DNA of 64,000 nucleotides, taken from Smithellaceae bacterium. Its GTDB lineage: Bacteria > Desulfobacterota > Syntrophia > Syntrophales > Smithellaceae. Below the pieces are notes generated by a model. It saw nothing but the letters and a program-made list of their open reading frames with translations, had not been told where the DNA came from and searched no databases. The DNA lies in assembly GCA_963667845.2 (NCBI GenBank), contig CAXXVL010000002.1:608001-672000 (forward strand). The letters are read 5' to 3'. Both the position numbers and the translations under genes were made by a program. This document shows, in pieces, positions 59,748 to 64,000 of the stretch (the stretch's first letter is position 1; each line of letters opens with the position of its first letter).

Positions 59748-60509
59748 TCATATATCTTTAATCTTGTACCAGAGCCGACCGACATATTCTCTGAAAATCA
59801 GCGTATTGTCTAAGAGCCATTGTGATTGCGGAACATACCGTAGGGCGGGAGTTCCAGTAGGCGACGCGTAAAGATAGCTTGCCGGCAGCGGGACGACCTT
59901 TTTGAAGTACTTTCGAAATTCCGTTTCACTTCTTTTCATGTGAAAGGCAGATGTCACCAGCCCGATCTTGATGTCTTTATTCGTGAACATTTTGTTGAAT
60001 TCGATCGCATGTTCATAGGTATTGCGGGATTTGGCTTCTATACGGATTTTTTCGCCGGGTACGCCGAATGCTTCGGCCATTTCCGCCATGAGTGTTGCTA
60101 CAGCGGCTTCGCCTTCCCCCTTGCCGGAACAGACGAGATATTTGGCACTGTGTTTTCTGTACATTTGAACTCCATGGATCAGCCGCACGGTCGTGGACTC
60201 ACCCGGAAATGTCTTCTTTAATGCCCGAATATCATATACTCCCCCCCCCAAGACAACGATGACATCAAGCGGTATTTTTTCTTCAACCGGGTCGTGTCGG
60301 ATATAGTCTTTCTCCAGTTTGTAGCTCAGGTAATGCGATACCGGCTCGATGCTGAGTCCATAAAGCAATATCAAGGTGAATAACAGGAGCAGCGGGCCGC
60401 CTTTTTTCTTACCGGTTGCCAGGCAAATTAAACAACAAACCAAAAACAGGAAAAAAATGATAAAGACAGGATCAACAAACGATTTCATGACATCATAGAT
60501 CTGCTCCAT
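59748..60509 (-). CDS. DUF218 (ElyC/YdcF/SanA-like) envelope protein
   Basis: IVVLGGG, SRNTYEHA, LVTSAFHMKR, EYVG. Confidence 0.88.
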   Translation of the reverse strand: MEQIYDVMKSFVDPVFIIFFLFLVCCLICLATGKKKGGPLLLLFTLILLYGLSIEPVSHYLSYKLEKDYIRHDPVEEKIPLDVIVVLGGGVYDIRALKKTFPGESTTVRLIHGVQMYRKHSAKYLVCSGKGEGEAAVATLMAEMAEAFGVPGEKIRIEAKSRNTYEHAIEFNKMFTNKDIKIGLVTSAFHMKRSETEFRKYFKKVVPLPASYLYASPTGTPALRYVPQSQWLLDNTLIFREYVGRLWYKIKDI

Positions 60510-60700
60510 GAGGTATCGGCTCCCTTCAATTTTCTACGCATTAATCATTGCTTACTGAATATTCCAAACCGCGATCAAATCCGAGTGCCTGTGGCTCCAT
60601 TGCCAGACTATGGACATTCCGTCAGTCTGTCCAAGAAGTATCCTTAATAAATAATTATCTTCTTGCAGGCGCTGCCTTATGAGGAAACTCCATCTTCGCA

Positions 60701-61621
60701 TTACTTTTTATCACGGCGAAAATGCCAGCCGATAAGCCGAAAGTAAACGGCTAATTTCCCGCGCAGGCCGGTCACCATACCGAGGGTGAAAAGAACACCG
60801 AGCGTACTGAGCAGTGTATTCACCAGCAATCTTAAAAAGATTAGAGCCGCAGCCGCTCGATAGTAGGCACCGCTGTGCCACTTCCGCAAAAACTGATATC
60901 GCGACCTGTAAAATTCAATCCGCGATTTTGCATTGTGGCCGATGCTCTGGCCCTGAAGATGATAAATCAAGGCATCGGGTACCTGATAAATGCGCCACCC
61001 GGCGCGCTTCATGGCATAGGCCAGATCCGTCTCTTCAAAAAAGAAAAAGTAACGGTCATCAAAGTACGAAACCTGGTCCAGCGCTTTCTTCCGGATCATC
61101 ATGCAGGCACCGATGGCCGACTCGACTGCCAACGGCCCGGCATGTTCGTATCGCTTGCTGGGATAGCGGTCCGGAAAAAGATATTCCAGCAATGATGTAT
61201 TGGCGGCAAGTGTCAAAAGCGTCGGAAAAGAAGCAATGGAGTTCTGCTTGCTGCCGTCTGCGTTCAAGAGCTGGCCGCAAACGATTGCCGCAAGCGGGTT
61301 CGCCTCGGCAAAGTCCCAAAGTTTCTTTACGGCCCCCGCAGTCAGAACGGCATCCGTATTCATAAGCAGGGCATACTTCCCCTGCATGACGGCAAAACCC
61401 TGATTGTTTGCAGCTCCGAATCCGCGATTTTCTTTGTTGGCAATCGTCTTGACCTGAGGATATTCCTCTTGCAGCATGGCGAGCGAGCCGTCGGCGGAGG
61501 CATTGTCTATGACGATCATTTCGTAGGCAAACGACGTTCCCATCGTTTCAAGAATCGATCCGATGCACGTGCGCAGAAGGTCTTTGGTGTTCCAGTTGAC
61601 AATAATGAATGAGATATCCAT
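60701..61621 (-). CDS. GT2 glycosyltransferase
   Basis: IIVNWN, IDNASADGS, NRGFGAANN, GACMM, FFEETD. Confidence 0.9.
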   Translation of the reverse strand: MDISFIIVNWNTKDLLRTCIGSILETMGTSFAYEMIVIDNASADGSLAMLQEEYPQVKTIANKENRGFGAANNQGFAVMQGKYALLMNTDAVLTAGAVKKLWDFAEANPLAAIVCGQLLNADGSKQNSIASFPTLLTLAANTSLLEYLFPDRYPSKRYEHAGPLAVESAIGACMMIRKKALDQVSYFDDRYFFFFEETDLAYAMKRAGWRIYQVPDALIYHLQGQSIGHNAKSRIEFYRSRYQFLRKWHSGAYYRAAAALIFLRLLVNTLLSTLGVLFTLGMVTGLRGKLAVYFRLIGWHFRRDKK

Positions 61622-61627
61622 TTCACA

Positions 61628-62386
61628 TCACGTTCCGGACAAACTTCTTTCCCATCGTTTGGCATGCTTCAAAAAAACATATCCTGCAGAATTGCCGGCA
61701 ATGACCAACCCGGGTAAACCATCGAGAAACCCCAGCTTCCAGACATAGCATTCGAGAAATTTCCCTACGGCGTGAAAGAGTCCGGCAACAACAAACCAGC
61801 CGCCCGCGGGCCCGTCCTGCCGTGCATAGATTTCTGAAAAATTATTCATGGTAATGACCTGATCGGAGATGTTCCGATAAACATAATGCAGAAAGGGTTG
61901 TGACAGCTCACCGACTTTACCGTCCGCAACCAGCTTATCATGGGGATTCACGCCCTGCCATGTTCCCCGGCCGCGGCGGATGAGACGGACTTTGCGGTCC
62001 GGATACCAGCCACCGTGATGAATCCAGCGCCCCAGATAGCGGGACAACCGGGGCATGGAAAAACCGCCGACCTCCGGCGGTGCGGTTTTGACCGCTTGAA
62101 GAATCTCCGTCGCCAGCGCTTCGGGAATTTCCTCATCCGCATCCAGGCTGAGAATCCATTCATGGGTCGTTGCTTCCAGGGCAAATTGCTTTTGCGCAAC
62201 GTACCCCGCCCACTGATTGAAAATCACCCTGGCGCCGGCGTTTCGACAGACCGCTTGCGTGCCGTCGGCGCTGCCGGAATCCACAACAACGATTTCATCG
62301 GCAAAGGCGCAGCTTTTAAGCAGGCGGCCGATACGGTCCGCTTCGTTCTGCGCGATGACGGCAATGCTTATTTTTTGTTTTTCCAA
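61628..62386 (-). CDS. GT2 LPS-core glycosyltransferase (WaaE/KdtX-like)
   Basis: NEADRI, VVDSGSADGT, LSLDADE, GGWYPD, GFLDG. Confidence 0.88.
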   Translation of the reverse strand: MEKQKISIAVIAQNEADRIGRLLKSCAFADEIVVVDSGSADGTQAVCRNAGARVIFNQWAGYVAQKQFALEATTHEWILSLDADEEIPEALATEILQAVKTAPPEVGGFSMPRLSRYLGRWIHHGGWYPDRKVRLIRRGRGTWQGVNPHDKLVADGKVGELSQPFLHYVYRNISDQVITMNNFSEIYARQDGPAGGWFVVAGLFHAVGKFLECYVWKLGFLDGLPGLVIAGNSAGYVFLKHAKRWERSLSGT

Positions 62387-62503
62387 TATATTATTCTTTA
62401 TGCGCTTCGGTTTATGAATCAGCCGGGCTTCCCCAAAATTCTTTTCGTTAAGAAATATCCAATTTTGTGCTAGAACATTTTCAAAATTTATAAGAATACA
62501 ATT

Positions 62504-63649
62504 ATGAACAAAATTGCCGTGGTCATTCCCAAATATGGTTTAGTCGGTGGCGCCGAACAATTCGCCGCTCAATTGACTGATGAACTTTCTAGCAGACAAA
62601 CAGGCACATTTCAAGTGTTTGCTAATGAGTGGCAGGCGGATTCCCATGTTTCGGGATTTCATAAAATCCCCGTCATTTCATTTCCCAAATTCATGACGAC
62701 GATCAGCTTCGCCTGGTTCGTGAAACGCCAGCTGCAGCGGCAAGACTTCTCCCTGGTGCACAGTCATGAACGAATCTTCGGGGCCGACCTGTACACGATG
62801 CATGGCGTGCCTCACCGCTATTGGGTTCGTAGCGTTCGGCAAAAATCCCTGAGCCTCTATGACCGGGCAACAGCTTGGGTGGAAAAGAAACTGGTCTATG
62901 AGGGCGGTTGCCGGAAATTTGTCGCCGTGTCCAATTTAACAAGGGATATATTCCTGCAGGAATACCCGGTTGATCCCCGGCGCGTCACCGTCATTCATCC
63001 CGGTGTCCATCTGCCGGATGGGAACGGGAAAAATAAGGATGAAACGAGGAGGGCCGTCCGTTGCGAATTGGGCATCGCTGCCGACGCCCCGGTGATTATC
63101 TTTGCCTCGATGAATTTTGAAATCAAAGGGCTCGATGACATCATTCGGACCCTGGCACATCTCCGGCGGCAGCGCATCGTGTATAAGCTCATTGTCGCAG
63201 GCAAAGGCAACGTCAAAAAATATCAAAAGATGGCTGCAAAGGAAGGGATTGCCGATTCGATATTTTTCACCGGTGTCGTCGCTAAAGCAAAATTAATTGA
63301 TCTCTATTCGGCAAGCGATTTGTATTTGATGCTTTCCAAATTCGATACATTCGGCATGGTGGTCCTGGAAGCCATGGCGGGCGGGCTTCCGGTCATGATC
63401 AGCAACCGTGTGGGCGCAAAGGATCTGGTGCGGGAGGGCGAAAATGGTTTTGTGATCGACCATTCGTCGGATTATGATTACACGGCGTCCCGTCTCAAAT
63501 TGCTTTTGGGCGAGAGCATTCGCCGGAAGATGTCCGCTGCCGCTTTTCAAACCGCCGCTCAGAATACGTGGGATCGTGTAGCGGCAAAATATTCCGACCT
63601 CTATGATGATATTCTCGCCGCAAAGAACAAGAACCAAGGTTTGCCGTAA
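62504..63649 (+). CDS. GT4 LPS-core glycosyltransferase (WaaG-like)
   Basis: GGAE, HSHER, VAVSN, FEIKGL, DTFGMVVLEAMA. Confidence 0.85.
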   Translation: MNKIAVVIPKYGLVGGAEQFAAQLTDELSSRQTGTFQVFANEWQADSHVSGFHKIPVISFPKFMTTISFAWFVKRQLQRQDFSLVHSHERIFGADLYTMHGVPHRYWVRSVRQKSLSLYDRATAWVEKKLVYEGGCRKFVAVSNLTRDIFLQEYPVDPRRVTVIHPGVHLPDGNGKNKDETRRAVRCELGIAADAPVIIFASMNFEIKGLDDIIRTLAHLRRQRIVYKLIVAGKGNVKKYQKMAAKEGIADSIFFTGVVAKAKLIDLYSASDLYLMLSKFDTFGMVVLEAMAGGLPVMISNRVGAKDLVREGENGFVIDHSSDYDYTASRLKLLLGESIRRKMSAAAFQTAAQNTWDRVAAKYSDLYDDILAAKNKNQGLP

Positions 63650-63827
63650 CCAACCTGAATCCCCTCGATTGAGACATGTCAGAAACACCGGCTTTTCGAC
63701 CGCTCTGATTCAAGGCAAAATATTTGCAATTCAAAATGGGTTGTGTAAAGATCGCAAAAAATGGGCGGAGAGTTGAGACCGCTTTCTTTTTCCCGGATTC
63801 ATTTTTCCAAAGAGACAAAAAGGGATA

Positions 63828-64000
63828 ATGCAGGATCAGATGATCGATCAAACGTCACAGCACAATAAAATACACCTTCTTCAGCAAAAGATATTGATTA
63901 TCAAGCTTCAGTATGTGGGAGACACAATGGGGGTTATTCCCGTTGTCGCCGACTTGAAGCGTCATGCTCCGGGCCTGACCGTTGATGTGCTGATTCATGC
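63828..64000 (+). CDS. GT9 heptosyltransferase (WaaQ/WaaF-like), 5' part only
   Basis: Manual translation MQDQMIDQ...KILIIKLQYVGDTMGVIPVVADLKRHAPGLTVDVL matches the GT9 N-terminal motif. Confidence 0.75.
   Translation, partial: MQDQMIDQTSQHNKIHLLQQKILIIKLQYVGDTMGVIPVVADLKRHAPGLTVDVLIH

Overview
This window is a ~62 kb surface-polysaccharide super-locus, almost entirely on the minus strand. The style suggests a Desulfobacterota/Syntrophales-like anaerobe, but this is inference only. In transcription order it holds: LPS-core GTs and a DUF218 gene; pglF/capD-like dehydratase and rmlB; ABC-type glycan module 1 (wzm/wzt, acyltransferase, BKACE, GTs, five methyltransferases); ABC-type module 2 (gmd-rmd-wzm-wzt-FkbM-three GT4, D-rhamnan-like); rmlA-rmlC; SLBB/wza/wzc/PHP phosphatase; a Phd-RelE toxin-antitoxin pair; a MarR EPS regulator; an MBOAT cassette; a 2,3-diacetamido-uronate pathway; a NeuB-type nonulosonate module; wzx; an ATP-grasp ligase; and a wzy-like gene. 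The standout unexplained signal is about 25 degenerate 7-nt-period arrays (loose consensus NNNWRGY). They bracket two intact four-helix-bundle (IVP/Avd-like) genes and one decayed one in inverted orientation. They are also inserted in frame inside conserved enzymes, sit where 5'-truncated gene remnants begin, and flank a 25 kb cargo that separates rmlB from rmlA. This points to a candidate repeat-plus-four-helix-bundle system for remodelling glycan loci. A four-copy JUMPStart/ops-like leader motif was also found. All calls are from motif reading by eye; no searches were run.
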